Assembly (NCBI GenBank): GCA_951406725.2
Contig: OX597820.1
Span: 60,016,001-60,080,000 of the forward strand
Length of the DNA: 64,000 nucleotides
Direction: 5' to 3'
Origin: Octopus vulgaris
Taxonomy: Eukaryota
In this document: piece by piece, positions 14,959 through 27,339 of the stretch
Layout: each line of letters begins with the position of its first letter
Position numbering within the stretch: position 1 is the first letter of the stretch
Notes under the pieces: model-generated
Seen by the model: only the letters and a program-made list of their open reading frames with translations
Told to the model about the DNA's origin: nothing
Databases searched by the model: none
Made by a program: the position numbers and the translations under genes

Positions 14959-17900
14959 ATAAAAATGTTAATATTTAGAGTCCAAACTAGGGGATTTAAC
15001 AAACACTAACATCTAGTAAATATGAACAAAATACCATAAGGTATAGAGAAATGATACAGGATGTGAACAGCCATATGTTGAAGACACTACTGTATGTGAA
15101 CAATATTGTTATAAATCTGAGGATCTAACTATACAAACTATGGTATTTCTGTACAGAAGTATAGTCAAGGTAAGATAATAAATAAACAGTGTTTTGACTA
15201 TGTAGACACCCAAAACTGAATGAGTACACATACACACACCAGAAACTCAAATGATCCAACCTGATCTTTACACAGTCATTCAACTTAATAGAAGTAGCAA
15301 TCAAATCTTCAAACTACACCACCAAGTCTTAAGGAAGAACAAACTTATGAAGAAAAAAAAAAGAGAATGGGAGCTAAACAGCTAATCTGTTTGTGAGAAA
15401 GATATCTAAATAACCATCTTATGGGTTTTCATACATTTACCAAACCACACAACCATTCTAGTAGAACTACCCGATGATTCTACTTACTTAACCCGTTTTA
15501 ATATGAAGAAATAAAGCAAAGAAAAAATACATGGACCGATTACTTTTCCTTTCATTTGCACACACGCACATAAACGTTAGTCTGGTTGTCATAACAAGTA
15601 CCGTTAACACCACACAAACTATATAATTCATGATCTGTAATAAGTAAATGCGACTTGTTTCATCAACATACTGGAATGAAAAAAAAGAACAAAGAATCTC
15701 AGAAAGCAAGATCAGTTCTCCAGTTACAATGATAAAATAATAATACGAAACTGGTTCTGTCTGACCCACTGTCTTCACTGATAATGTATAAAATTAATCT
15801 ACATTAATAATAGATCAGATCTGAATATTTTGTTTTATGATTACATTTTTTTTTTTTAATAGTTAAAATATATTTCCTTCAAGCTATTAAATGGACAAGT
15901 AACAATTCAATTACTGATCATGACAAAAAATGGCGAGTCAGTGGATTGAAACGAACTTCAAGGTTGAAGAAATAGCAGACGATAAAATTGAATTCTATGA
16001 GAAACGATTGATATTTTTCTGGAAACCGGATGCCGAAATGCTAGGCAACACACGAGTGAACTAAAGGAGATTTAGCTATTTCTAGCAAGTCGAGCGACCA
16101 CATAAAGGTTCTCACTTTGGTTTCCTACAATAACTTGAACCTTATGCTGTGGATTACTTCGAGAGTTTTATCCTGTAATGTTGATGTTGCTAGCAATTGT
16201 TACTTAATAAAGATGTCGACGTGGTTAATAAGTCATCCGTAATCAGCTCGAAACGTAACAGAATAGTAGTTACTTAAAAAAAATTACGATACTATCATCA
16301 TCATTTAACGTCCGTTTTCCGTGCTAGCACGGGTTAAGAATATCATTGGAACTGTTATATATCCGAGACTGGAGTGAGTTAAAAAATTGCTAGAGTTGGA
16401 AACATCGTAAAACGATGCCGAATTTTCGTGACCAGACTTGTCAACCTCCCGCTACTATTTTTCTAACACTATTAAGTACACCTGTTGCCATTCGCTAATG
16501 TTACATGTGGGATATATAACTACCAATAAATAAGTAATCTTTGCGATGTAATAAAGTACAACTAAATAATCCCAAGCATAGCAGAGAAAACAGATTTAAG
16601 TTTGTTGCTTGCCACTCTATATCATGAGAGAAAATTTACTTCCGTCTCTCAACCAACACTTTCTAGAATCTTCAACCGGTATTTTTACCGGCAACAAGTA
16701 GACACGTTAATGAAGAGAATGAGATAAATGTTTGGCATCATCGCCACACGGTGAGCTATCAATTTTGTGACGAGATAGAGATTGTGCGACTGCTAATCTG
16801 ATGACAACAGTTTCAGTCGCTAATTGAGGTAATTGCTCCCAGACTTTGAGGAACAAACAAGGCACAATGCCAAACTGAGAGGCAAATATACAATAGTACG
16901 AATCTAGTTCATGACACTATTACTACAATGTCTACAGAAGCGTAAAAAAATTACTAGAATGGAGGGTAAAGATAATTAACCACTCATATATATATATAAA
17001 AATTTATTGCTTAGAGGAAAAGCAACATCCGTAACTGGTGGCAGAAAGTTTTTAAACTGGGGACCAAGTCTACTACCCCAAAATAGAAACGGCCTCTCCG
17101 TCGGTCTTTCCATAGTTTCAGCCTACTAAATTTCAGTAAAGTGTCTTTTGTCGGCCAGAGGCTATAGAAGAAGAGACTCGTCCCAGGTGCAGCACAACGG
17201 GATCGCACATGAAATCACGTAGCACCTGGATTCCTTCAAAAAGCATTCGACGTTTTAAAAAAATAGAACTCATTGGAAAATGTAGTCCTGCCTTTGCTCA
17301 CAGACTTGCTGGTTAATACTTATTTTACTACCATCCCCAAAACAATACTTCATTAATGAACGACACCACAGAAACAGAATATTTGGTGACTCGACGCATG
17401 TAACGCGGTGATCCATGCAACAACACTAAGTTATCCGCAAATATTGATGGTAAACGGAGACGGTTATATATGTAGTTTCGAGAATGGAAAAATATTCAAT
17501 CATGTTTTTTATGATAGCAAAATAGGAGTGAATCTGTCCAATTTGAGCTGGATGGAGCGCTAAACAGTTGCTATATATACTTTCTATTGATTTAAAACTC
17601 AACAAAATGTAACAGATTTTTTTTTTTTATTTCGACACCTGTAAGAAAACATAATAAACAGCAAAACCTTAAGGATCAAAACCGAAAATTGGTTGTTCTT
17701 AGAAAAGTAACGCTTTTCAAATGAAAGTGAAATACGACAAGCGGAAATAAGTGATAGTGTATGAATGACTACTTGTGAGAAAGGTAGTTACTTTGATGTT
17801 TTAGATGCAAACTTTCTTCAAAGAAATTAAAATAAACCAATGTGTGTCAGATCCTCTTCAAATATATTTCTTTTGGCATAAACTCATTTTAAAACGATTT

Positions 17901-17967
17901 GTGGCCAATAGAAATTATAATATTCACGTCAGTAATTCATCCCATTCTCTTTTTACTCAAAGGTTTT

Positions 17968-18055
17968 TAGGCAGAGGTAAAGAATACGTAGACCATCCTT
18001 TTTCAGCGTAACCCTAACCCTAAACACTGGGTGTGCGTATTCTTTACCTTCCCTA
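17968..18055. mobile_element. Small inverted-repeat element with internal (CCCTAA)n
   Basis: aggtaaagaatacgta / tgcgtattctttacct arms flank taaccctaaccctaaa. A homologous inverted copy lies at 54997-55100. Confidence 0.7.
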
Positions 18056-21000
18056 GTTTCTGTTTGAAATTACTAACAAGTCCGTTCCGCTGTTAGGTTA
18101 ATTTCTGGTAAAATAGATGATTTTATACGCACGCACACACAAATATACATAAAGGCATGTTAGTGAATGTAACGACAGGCATTTATATAGAAAATGACTA
18201 ATATTCAGAATAAGCCGAAGAGAAAGGAATCGATCAGATATATATACACGCGAGCACGGAAACACTGAAGATGAGGAAAACTTAGGCATGAAACGGAGAC
18301 TGTGTGGTAGCTTGAGTTGTTAGAAATAGAAGTCAAATTTCCATCTCCCGTTTTAAATAAAACCAATAAAATGTTGCCTAAGATGCGCTATGTCCGAACA
18401 AAATAAGATGTGACCACAAATGAGACGTCTTTGACCATAGGTCTGCTCTTCCAGTCCTACTAATCTGGGTCTAAAACTGAAAATATGTAATGCATCGTAT
18501 GCAGCCTGATTTACAAGCAAACATATAAGCATTTGCTATAATCCCATACATTTTTCCATAAACAAATAAAATGTAGATTTTCGTACAATCATTTTGAAAC
18601 TTGATAAAACGGAACAATTTTCAGAAGTGGAAAATTATTCAGCACGAGTCATTGGGAAAATAGCATTCACTAAAATTATATACTTTCATTAGTTTCGTTC
18701 ATGAGGATTAGGAGGATAGAATCTTATCTGGTCGACACCAGAACCTATACATTTACTAGAGCCTTCATAGATCGAGCGGGAAGAAATAGCAGCCAAATCT
18801 CCCTCAAATTATATCCTACTATAACCGAAAGAGAGGAAAATATTGGATAATGTAGTCCTAAACACACAATGTCCAACAGCTAGAATGTCAGCTCTACCAG
18901 GACTGATCCCGAGACTAAACTATACTTCTACCACTATGTAACCTTGGTAAATTTTATAGAAATTTTCGTTTACAGGTAGGTTGAGATTGTAATCACATAG
19001 TATCTCGAAGTGTTCAGACAAAAGAAAAATAGATATCCTACGATTACCCAGCGATAAGTCCATTTTATTTTACTCGGATCAAACTTTAAAACCTCAATAC
19101 ACACAGTCTTTATGGGAATCAATTTTCTGTGCCTGTGTTACTGAAGTGAAGGGTTGGCTCTTTGTTAAATGCCTTTCTTTTTCTTCCTATAACGAAATTT
19201 AGTCTTAGTCATCCTGATTAGAGCAAGCAGAGTTATGTACCTTGTTCAAAACACGTTCTTCATTACGATCATGTGGTCAGCAGCTCAACAACTTAACGAT
19301 GATACGTATACATAAACACAGAAGTTATTACTTCTTATATGAAACAGGGTATGATTACATTATTAGTGACAAAAAACAGTAAAATACTTTGTAACAAAAA
19401 CGGTATATTTATAAGAGACATCTAAGGGAGTGGTATCGTCTGAGATTAGGACGCCAGACTGGACCCCAGTTCTTGGTTCAAATTTTGCCAAAGCCAAGAT
19501 CGATTGAAAAAGTATCAAAAAGATATTGAAATCGATCCCTTCGCTAACAACCGTATCTTATAAGCGAAGGATTCCTGTCTGATTACTCACATCTGAATCC
19601 ACACTCAAGACACATCTCCAGTTAAATAATGTAACTCAAGATACATTAATTATGAGAATCCCTGTGGTCACTCCAACTACCACAAATAGCCAAGTCTCGA
19701 AAATTACGTCCTGCTGTCATAAAAGTACATTGGTTTATGTAAGTTCTAGATGCAGTAAAAAAAAAAAAAAACGGACGGGATGGTCACGATTGGAATACCT
19801 TAGGTAATAAGAACATTTAATCAGGTTTGACCTGTGGCTGAATAAAAACAGTTGACTTTTATCACATCAAACCTAACAAGTAGCATGTACAATACACATC
19901 CACCCAGTCATATCTGTGTAACAATTGTAGCTCGAAGATAATTATATAATCAATCTACCAACTTTTTTTTTTTATTTTGGTAGTTTTTATTTCTTGCCGA
20001 TCATCAAGTCATTGGTTCCTTATGGTGGCTACAAGTTAATATTTACTAGAGAAAATTCATGCCTACTTCTCAAGGGTATAAACCAAGTTATTGAAATTGG
20101 ATTCATTCGCTGCTCTTCTATAATTTTTAAACTGAAGCCACCCCCCCATCCCTCCACCTCACCCCTTATCTGTATCGTTTCATTCTTTGTTCGATTTCTG
20201 TCAACATTCGTTTGTGTTGACTGACACGTTAAATAGATATTTTTCACTTGCGTTTAACAGGATTTTCTTTGTACATTTATCATTTCAGACTAATGTCGCA
20301 GCTCTTAAGACATCGTTAAAATATTAAACACTTCGTAGTATTGTTTCAGATCATATATATACCGGAATGTGTTGCGTCCAACAGATATATATGGCTATCA
20401 TAACACACACACACACACACAAATATATACAGACGTACATATATACACACATACTCACGAGAGCCGCTACGCGATAGCTCGAATTGCTCAAAATAGAAGC
20501 CAAATCACAGCTGTCTTGAGAAAAGGAAGTTCACAAAGATAATATAGTCTAGGGTACACTTGTGTCTAAACAATATATATAAAAATACAGTGTATATTTT
20601 GAGCAGTGAACAAGGAAATTTTGAGCAGACCAATGACCGAAGATGTTCAAGACCTGACCATTCAATCCTGCCCTCCACCACGCCATCCCAGACAAAGTAT
20701 CTAGAACTACATTACTCAATGTTTTATTTGTTTATTTTTTAAGGCAGAACGTGCGATTTGAGTGATATTTTGACTCCTATTTCTAGTGAGAGTGAAACGG
20801 AATAGAACAGAAGACTAGGAAATTTTTTTTTAAAAAAAGCGGATGTCGAAAAATTTGGACGGACCCCTTTTCAGTGAATCAAACTGCGTTTGATAGAGTG
20901 GTTAACTTGCATTTTATAACCAACGATTTCAACAGAATGCAAAAGAAAAAGGAATCGTATGAAACATTTACTGATTATAAATAGAAATATAAAAAGAACG

Positions 21001-21261
21001 AAAGACAATAATATACATATGTCGAAATAATTGTTTTTAAAAGCGGGGGGTATCTATAATTTTACTTCTTTGTTCTCCACTCAAGACAATCTAAAAATTT
21101 TGCTTTCGTTCCAAGTCATATGTAGTACTTATTTTTCCGGTATGTTCTTTTAACTATTCCTACTGCCCCCTTTGTTTTCCACCATGTTTGTCGTTAGCGT
21201 TTTCTATGTCTGTGCTGTATTGTGTTATTTGTTGGTTAGCCTTTTAAACTTCATATCTTAC

Positions 21262-21278
21262 CTTCCTTTGTCGCCCAT
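21262..21278 (-). CDS. VCP: VCP/p97 coding exon 1 (MGDKG + first 2 nt of Ser)
   Basis: Minus strand reads cagg ATG GGC GAC AAA GGA AG|gtaaga. The phase-2 end joins the single leading T of the 6609-6711 exon to give [14 protein letters not shown]. The 17-nt length matches my recollection of vertebrate VCP coding exon 1. It lies in a CpG-retaining, promoter-like region. Confidence 0.8.
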
Positions 21279-21400
21279 CCTGATCAGATATCTTACTATT
21301 CTGGTGTGACGGCAAAGTGCTGAGTGCTTAATCCAAGATGGCAGATCTCGTTTTATCTCGTCTGATATCACCGACGATGACTTAGCAGAAAAAAAATAAA
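21279..21400 (-). promoter_or_regulatory. Putative VCP 5'UTR/core promoter with YY1-like element
   Basis: GCCATCTTG on the minus strand (21334-21342, CAAGATGGC on plus) about 55 nt upstream of the ATG. Non-repetitive, CpG-containing sequence. The TSS cannot be determined from sequence. Confidence 0.45.
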
Positions 21401-21759
21401 GCTACGAAATATAAACATTTTTTTTTTCCCCGAAAATTTGATGAAACACATTTAATAGAAATAAATACACTAATAAATTCGAGAAAAATAATTATATATA
21501 TGTGTATGCACATACATACAAATAAATACTTAAAATACAAATATGCGTGTGTGTATGTGCGTGTAAGTGCATATGATGCGCATGTTAGTCGTGGGCAAAT
21601 GCATGTGTGAATGTGTGAACATACATTATATATATTTAAATACATATACACAGTACAAAATACGCGTGTATGATGGGTTGTGTATATAATGAAATAGGAA
21701 TTTATATATTATATATCTACACACAGACACATACAAATATATATGTATACATATACATA

Positions 21760-21765
21760 CGTATA

Positions 21766-21799
<34 letters not shown>

Positions 21800-22027
21800 G
21801 TGTGGATAATATATATCTATATATATGTATAATATACATGTATACATACGTATAATGTATGTATATATGTATGTATGTATATATGTATATATATATATGT
21901 ATGTATGTATATATGTATGTATATGTATATATATGTATGTATATATATATGTATGTATATATATATATGTATATGTATGTGTATATATGTATATATATAT
22001 ATGTGTATATATATACATATATGTATG

Positions 22028-22072
<45 letters not shown>

Positions 22073-22096
22073 GTATGTATATATATGTGTGTATGT

Positions 22097-22137
<41 letters not shown>

Positions 22138-22328
22138 TATACATATTCATATATATATATACATATTCATATATATAAATACATATTCATATATATACAT
22201 ACATGTGTGTATGTGTATATATACATACATATATATATATACATATTCATATATATATATACATATTCATATATATATGTTCATATATATATATACATAT
22301 TCCTATATATATATATATATATATACAT
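21760..22328. repeat. Compound (TA)n/(TATG)n/(TACA)n microsatellite
   Basis: Read directly. It produces the Y/I/M/H-rich spurious ORFs. Confidence 0.95.
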
Positions 22329-22329
22329 G

Positions 22330-22668
22330 TAGGATGTAGGACAAGATACTGTGATAGCCTGGGCTTCCGAGGCCCACAGCTCTTCAATATCCTCCCGAAG
22401 AATCTAAGAGACCTGCATGGGGTGGATGCAGATGTCTTTAAAGTGAAACTGGATCTCTTCTTGTCAGGTATCCCAGATGAACCAACATCACGGCAGGAGG
22501 TGCAGATGAGGGCAGCTGCATCGAACTCTCTCGTGCACCAAATGGCAGTTGCTAAAAAGCATTTGTGAAGTAAAACCATATAGCAACACCAAATGGCGGT
22601 GCCCCAGCATGGCCACAGCTCGTTTGCTGAAACTAGAATCAATCAATCAATGAAACTAGAATCAATCA
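22330..22668 (+). mobile_element. 3' end of CR1-like LINE
   Basis: [49 protein letters not shown] is homologous to 25.6-25.9 kb. The 3'UTR ggcggtgccccagcatggccacagc...ctgaaac is followed by an (AATC)n tail. Confidence 0.8.
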
Positions 22669-22705
22669 TACATATTCATATATATATATACATATATATA
22701 TATAA

Positions 22706-22759
<54 letters not shown>

Positions 22760-22783
22760 TCATATATATATATATATATATAT

Positions 22784-24407
22784 ATCATCATCATCTAATG
22801 TCCGCTTTCCATGCTAGCTAGGGTTGGTGGACGGTTCAACTGGGGTCTGGGAAGCCAGAAGGCTGCACCAGGCCCAGTCTGATTTGGCAATGTTTCTACG
22901 GCTAGATGCCCTTCCTAACGCCAACTACTCTGTGAGTGTAGTGGGTGCTTTTTACATGCCACTGGCACAGGTGCCAGACGAGGCTGGCACACGGCCACAA
23001 TCGGATGGTGTTTTTTATGTGCCACCGGCACTGGTATCACAGCTACAATTTCCATTGATGTTGATCGATTTCGATTTTGATTCTGATTCTCACTTGTCTC
23101 AACAGGTCCTCACAAGTAGAGTTTTGTGTCTCAAGAAGGAAAGGTATGCATAAGTGGGCTGGCTACATCCCAGGTAGAGGTCACGGGTTATGGTCTCACT
23201 TGTCCTACCAGGTCTTCTCACACACAGCATACTTCCATTATTCTCGGTCTCTAGTCATTGCCTTGGTGAGACCCAAAGTTCGAAGGTCGTGCTTCACCAC
23301 TTCATCCCAGGTTTTCCTGTGTCTACCTCTTCCACAGGTTCCCTCAACCGCTAGGGTGTGCCTCTTTTCACACAACTATCTTCATCCATTCTTGCACACC
23401 ACAAATGATGCTTCTTAGGTCCAACTTTTCTCTCAAGGTACTTACACTCTGTCGAGTATGAACACTGACATTACACATCCATCGGAGCATATTGCTTCAT
23501 TTCTTGCGAGCTTATGCATATCCTCAGCAGTCACAGCCCATGTTTCACTACCATGTAGCATGGCTGTTTGTACACATGCGTCATACAGTCTGCTTTTTAC
23601 TCTGAGCGAGAGGCCTTTTGTCACCAGCAGAGGTAAGAGCTCTCTGAACTTTGCCCAGGCTATTCTTACTCTAGCAGTTACACTTTCAGCACACCCACCC
23701 CCGCTACTGACTTGGTCACCTAGGTAACGGAAGCTATCAACTATTTCTAGTTTTTCTCCCTGGAATGTGGCGGAAGTTGGTGTCTGCACATTTTCAGTGT
23801 TTATTGCTCCTGAGCATCTGCCACATACAAAAACTATTTTCCTAGTTAGCCTTCCTTTGACATTGCTACACCTCTTATGTATCCATAGCTTATACTTGGT
23901 GCATCTTATAGAGTTTCTACCTATGCCTTTTCTATAGATCGAGCAGGGCCATCTACCTGAAGGCGTTTGTGATTTGTTTACCTTCCTACTTATTAGGACT
24001 TTGGTTTTAGCTAGGTTGACTCTAAGGCCCTTCGATTCTAATCCTTTCTTCCACACCTGAAACTTCTCCTCCAGTTCTGATAGTGACTCAGCAATTAGAG
24101 CAAGGTCATCAGCATAGAGGAGCTCCCAGAGGCATCCTGTCTTGAATTCCTCCATTATTGCTTGGAGGACTATGATAAATAGGAGGGGGCTGAGGACTGA
24201 ACTTTGGTGGACCCCTACCTCTACCCGGAATTCTTCACTGTACTCGTTGCCAACCCTCACCTTACTAGCAGCGTCCCTGTACATGGCTCGCACAGCTCTC
24301 ACTAACCATTCATCTATCCCTAGTTTCCTCATTGACCACCAGATAAGGGATCGGGGGACCCTGTTGAAGGCTTTCTCCATGTCAACAAAAGCCAGGTACA
24401 GGGGCTT
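22784..24407 (-). mobile_element. 5'-truncated RTE-clade LINE (RT ORF 23442-24380, 3'UTR, (ATG)n tail)
   Basis: Motifs YLAFVDMEKAFNRVPR, GVHQSSVLSPLLF, LLYADDL, NLAKTKVL, FRYLG, and the RTE-typical LHGSETW. The tail reads (CAT)n on the plus strand. Confidence 0.92.
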
Positions 24408-24444
24408 ATATATTCCGTTAAAATATCTTATATACGATTTTTAT

Positions 24445-24546
24445 TTCTTCATTTCCCTGAAGAGAAGATTACATTGTTTTACACCATTTTATTCCTTAGG
24501 AATTATACCAATGATATCTTCGAAACGTGTTTCAGAAGTAAAAGAA
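24445..24546 (+). ncRNA. Degenerate type I hammerhead ribozyme (Penelope-type)
   Basis: CTGAAGA (24457-24463); stem II GAAGAT..CATTG / CAATG..ATCTTC; GAAAC-GTGT-TTC; imperfect stem I ttcttcatttcc / agaagtaaaagaa. Confidence 0.55.
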
Positions 24547-24776
24547 TTTGAATAACACCTGCATTTAACATCATTTATTTATTCATACATATTCATATAT
24601 ATATATATATATAAGAGATAATGGCATCATTGAGACCCAAAGGTGTTAGGTAATGCTGAATAAGTGCTATAGGCAGACCATAGTTAAGTTCCAGATTCGG
24701 TAATATTGCGAATAAAGGGTTCAAAGTTGGTTTTATGTCATAGACACACAAAAAATTCATATATATATATATATAT

Positions 24777-24807
<31 letters not shown>

Positions 24808-24914
24808 TAGATATACAAACAGATAATTAGATAGAGACAGATGTATGTGTATCTATCTATTACTATATGTTAGTGTATTTATATATATATATAGATACAT
24901 ATCCACACACACAC

Positions 24915-25945
24915 AGCTTTTTATAGTGGCCGTCTCAGATATGCCCTCAAATGCCCAGATAGCCACTCTGGCAAACTATGCAGATGATACGAAAGTCTCA
25001 CAGAATATACAGAACCCCAGTGATGTTGCACACCTGCAGCAGGAGTTGGACTCAATTTACAGATGGGCTGAGGATAATCATATGCAGTTTAATGCTGAAA
25101 AATTCCAGGCCCTGCGCTACCAGCATCCAAAACTAAATATTAAACCTACAGGGTACACCAGTCCACAGGGAATTTCAATCCCAGAGCCTAAGTCAGTGAA
25201 GGACCTGGGTATCAACATGAGTGATGATACCTCTTTCCAAGTGCACATTACCAGGATGGCGACAAAGTGCAGACGACTGGCTGGATGGATCCTAAGAACA
25301 TTCAGAACCAGAGATAAGGAAACCATGATGGTCTTCTGGCGGACATTCGTCCTCAGCCGCCTGGATTACTGCTCACAGCTATGGTCACCCACCAGCATAA
25401 GATTAACGACGGACCTTGAAGCAATCCAGAGAAGATTCACAAAGAAGATCGTCTCTTCGCAACAGCTCAGCTACTGGGAAAGGTTGAAACAGCTAAGACT
25501 CTACTCCCTGGAGAGAAGACGGGAGAGGTATGCAGTAATATATGTCTGGAAGATCCTAGAAGGAATTGTGCATTGAAAGCTACACGAATGCCAGAACGGG
25601 ACGATACTGCATGGTGCCAAAGATCCCAGCAATGCCATCACGCTTCAGGACCAGTTACTGCAACAGCCTGGGTTTCAAGGGCCCACAGCTTTTTAATATT
25701 CTCCGAAAGAGTCTGAGGAACTTGCACAAAGTAGATGTAGGGGTTTTTACATCAAAGCTGGACCTCTTCCTGTTGAGAGTCCCAGATGAGCCTACCTCAC
25801 GGCAAGAGATGCAAATGAGGATAGCTATATCAAACTCCATTCTTCATCAAGTGCCACATATTAGAGGAGGCTCCTAGTAATAGCACTGTAGCGCAAAACG
25901 GTGGTGCATCAGCATGGCTGCAGCTCTGAGCTGAAACTTTAAAAA
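24915..25945 (+). mobile_element. 5'-truncated CR1-like LINE (RT C-terminal half, frameshift near 25570)
   Basis: Motifs YADDTK, LQQELDSIYRWAEDNHMQFNAEKF, KDLGI, SRLDYCSQLWSP, LEAIQRRFTK, SYWERLKQLRLYSLERRRER. Confidence 0.9.
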
Positions 25946-26279
25946 GAAAAAAGAAATATATATATATGTACATATATATATGTATATATATATATATATG
26001 TATGTATATATATCTACATATATATATATATGTATATACATATATATATGTGTATATATATATGTATATGTATATATATATACATGTATATATATATGTG
26101 TATATATATATATTTGTATCAAAATGGCTGATCGTTAGTAAGGAAAGACATAAATAAGAAAGAAGAAAGCAAAGGACCACTGGTGAGGTCACAGGAGTGT
26201 GACAAAATAACTCTGGCCAAAATACGATTAATGTAAAAAATAAAATAAAGCTGAAGCAAATCAACACCAAAATGTATGG

Positions 26280-26625
26280 TGCATGGCCGTTGCAAGCACC
26301 ACCTCGACTGGCCTCCGTGCCGGTGGCACGTAAAAAGCACCATCCGATCGTGCTCGTTGCCAGCCTCGCCTGGTCCCCGTGCCAGTGGCACGTAAAACGC
26401 ACCATCTGTCCGTGGCGTTTGCCAGCTCCGTCTGGCACCTGTGTGGGTGGCACGTAAAAAGCACCCACTACACTCACGGAGTGGTTGGCGTTAGGAAGGG
26501 CATCCAGCCGTAGAAACACTGCTAGATCAGACTGGGCCTGATGCAGCCTTCTGGCTTCACAGACCCCAGTTGAACCGTCCAACCCATGCTAGCATGGAAA
26601 GCGGACGCTAAATGATGATGATGAT
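26280..26625 (+). mobile_element. RTE LINE 3'UTR fragment with tandem subrepeats and (ATG)n tail
   Basis: Reverse-complement homology to 22784-23030 and 29157-29525. Confidence 0.85.
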
Positions 26626-26763
26626 TTAAAAAAAAAGATTAGAGATCTATACAAATCAAATTTTAATAAATAAAAAAGTGGGAGGTGGAAACAGTACAGA
26701 ATTAAGTCTAAGACATTTCAGTTTAAGAGGGAATTTAATAAAAGATTATATAAATAAAAATAT

Positions 26764-26805
26764 TAATATTACCAGTTTCGATGTATCTTATCTTATCAAA
26801 TATTA
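26764..26805 (-). ncRNA. Degenerate minimal hammerhead ribozyme
   Basis: Minus strand: TAATAT-TTGATAA-GAT(aagatac)ATC-GAAAC-TG-GTA-ATATTA. Stem I is a perfect 6 bp. The core differs from CTGATGA by two transitions. Confidence 0.45.
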
Positions 26806-27339
26806 GTAAAAATTTATAAAAATTTGAAGTAAAAACAGTCTGTCTGTTGGTCTGGTGGTCAAGAACATGTCTGGAGGTTTTTTGTTGGAGTCTTCTTTAA
26901 ATATAGTTTGATGTAGAGTTCAAAGTATTAGAGAGTGAGAGAAGGAGTGTCTATTGTCTAAAAGAAATCTTTGTGTGTTCTTGTCAAGGGAGTAGCTAAA
27001 AAGCATTTGTTGAATGGGTTTTATGTCCACCTGTGTATGTGTGTGTGTATTGTGTTGAATGTCCTTTCAATATGTTTTGAAACATGACCACCTGTGAGTT
27101 GATGGGTGTGTATGCTGTGAAGAATTTCTCTAGTTGAACAACAGCTCCTTTATAGGATCTAGTGGCTAAAGACATTATCAGGAGGAATCACATCTGGTTT
27201 CAGTTTCGGGGTGTCCCCTACTCCTATAGGAGTAGAATTTTTCTTTTGGGATTGATGTATTCTTTTGAGTGTCTCCATCTGTATGTATGTGTGTGGTCAC
27301 CAGCTGTGTGTATGCGTATTTTTGTGATGTTTTTTTGTG

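Noticed and set aside
15481-15778. Minus-strand ORF ending at a strong GTAAGT donor, a possible alternative VCP first exon
   Set aside because: The ORF stops at the junction, I saw no nearby ATG in the VCP-compatible frame, and the peptide is not recognisable.
16787-16820. CTGATGA flanked by GCGACTG/CAGTCGC arms, a possible hammerhead or snoRNA
   Set aside because: CTGATGA and GAAAC fall on opposite strands, so no complete core exists on either, and there is no convincing C/D box pair.
21626-22568. Long Y/I/M/H/C-rich ORFs (also near 25874, 30673, 34721, 39685 and 41319-42017)
   Set aside because: They are translations of TA/TATG/CA microsatellites that lack stop codons by construction.
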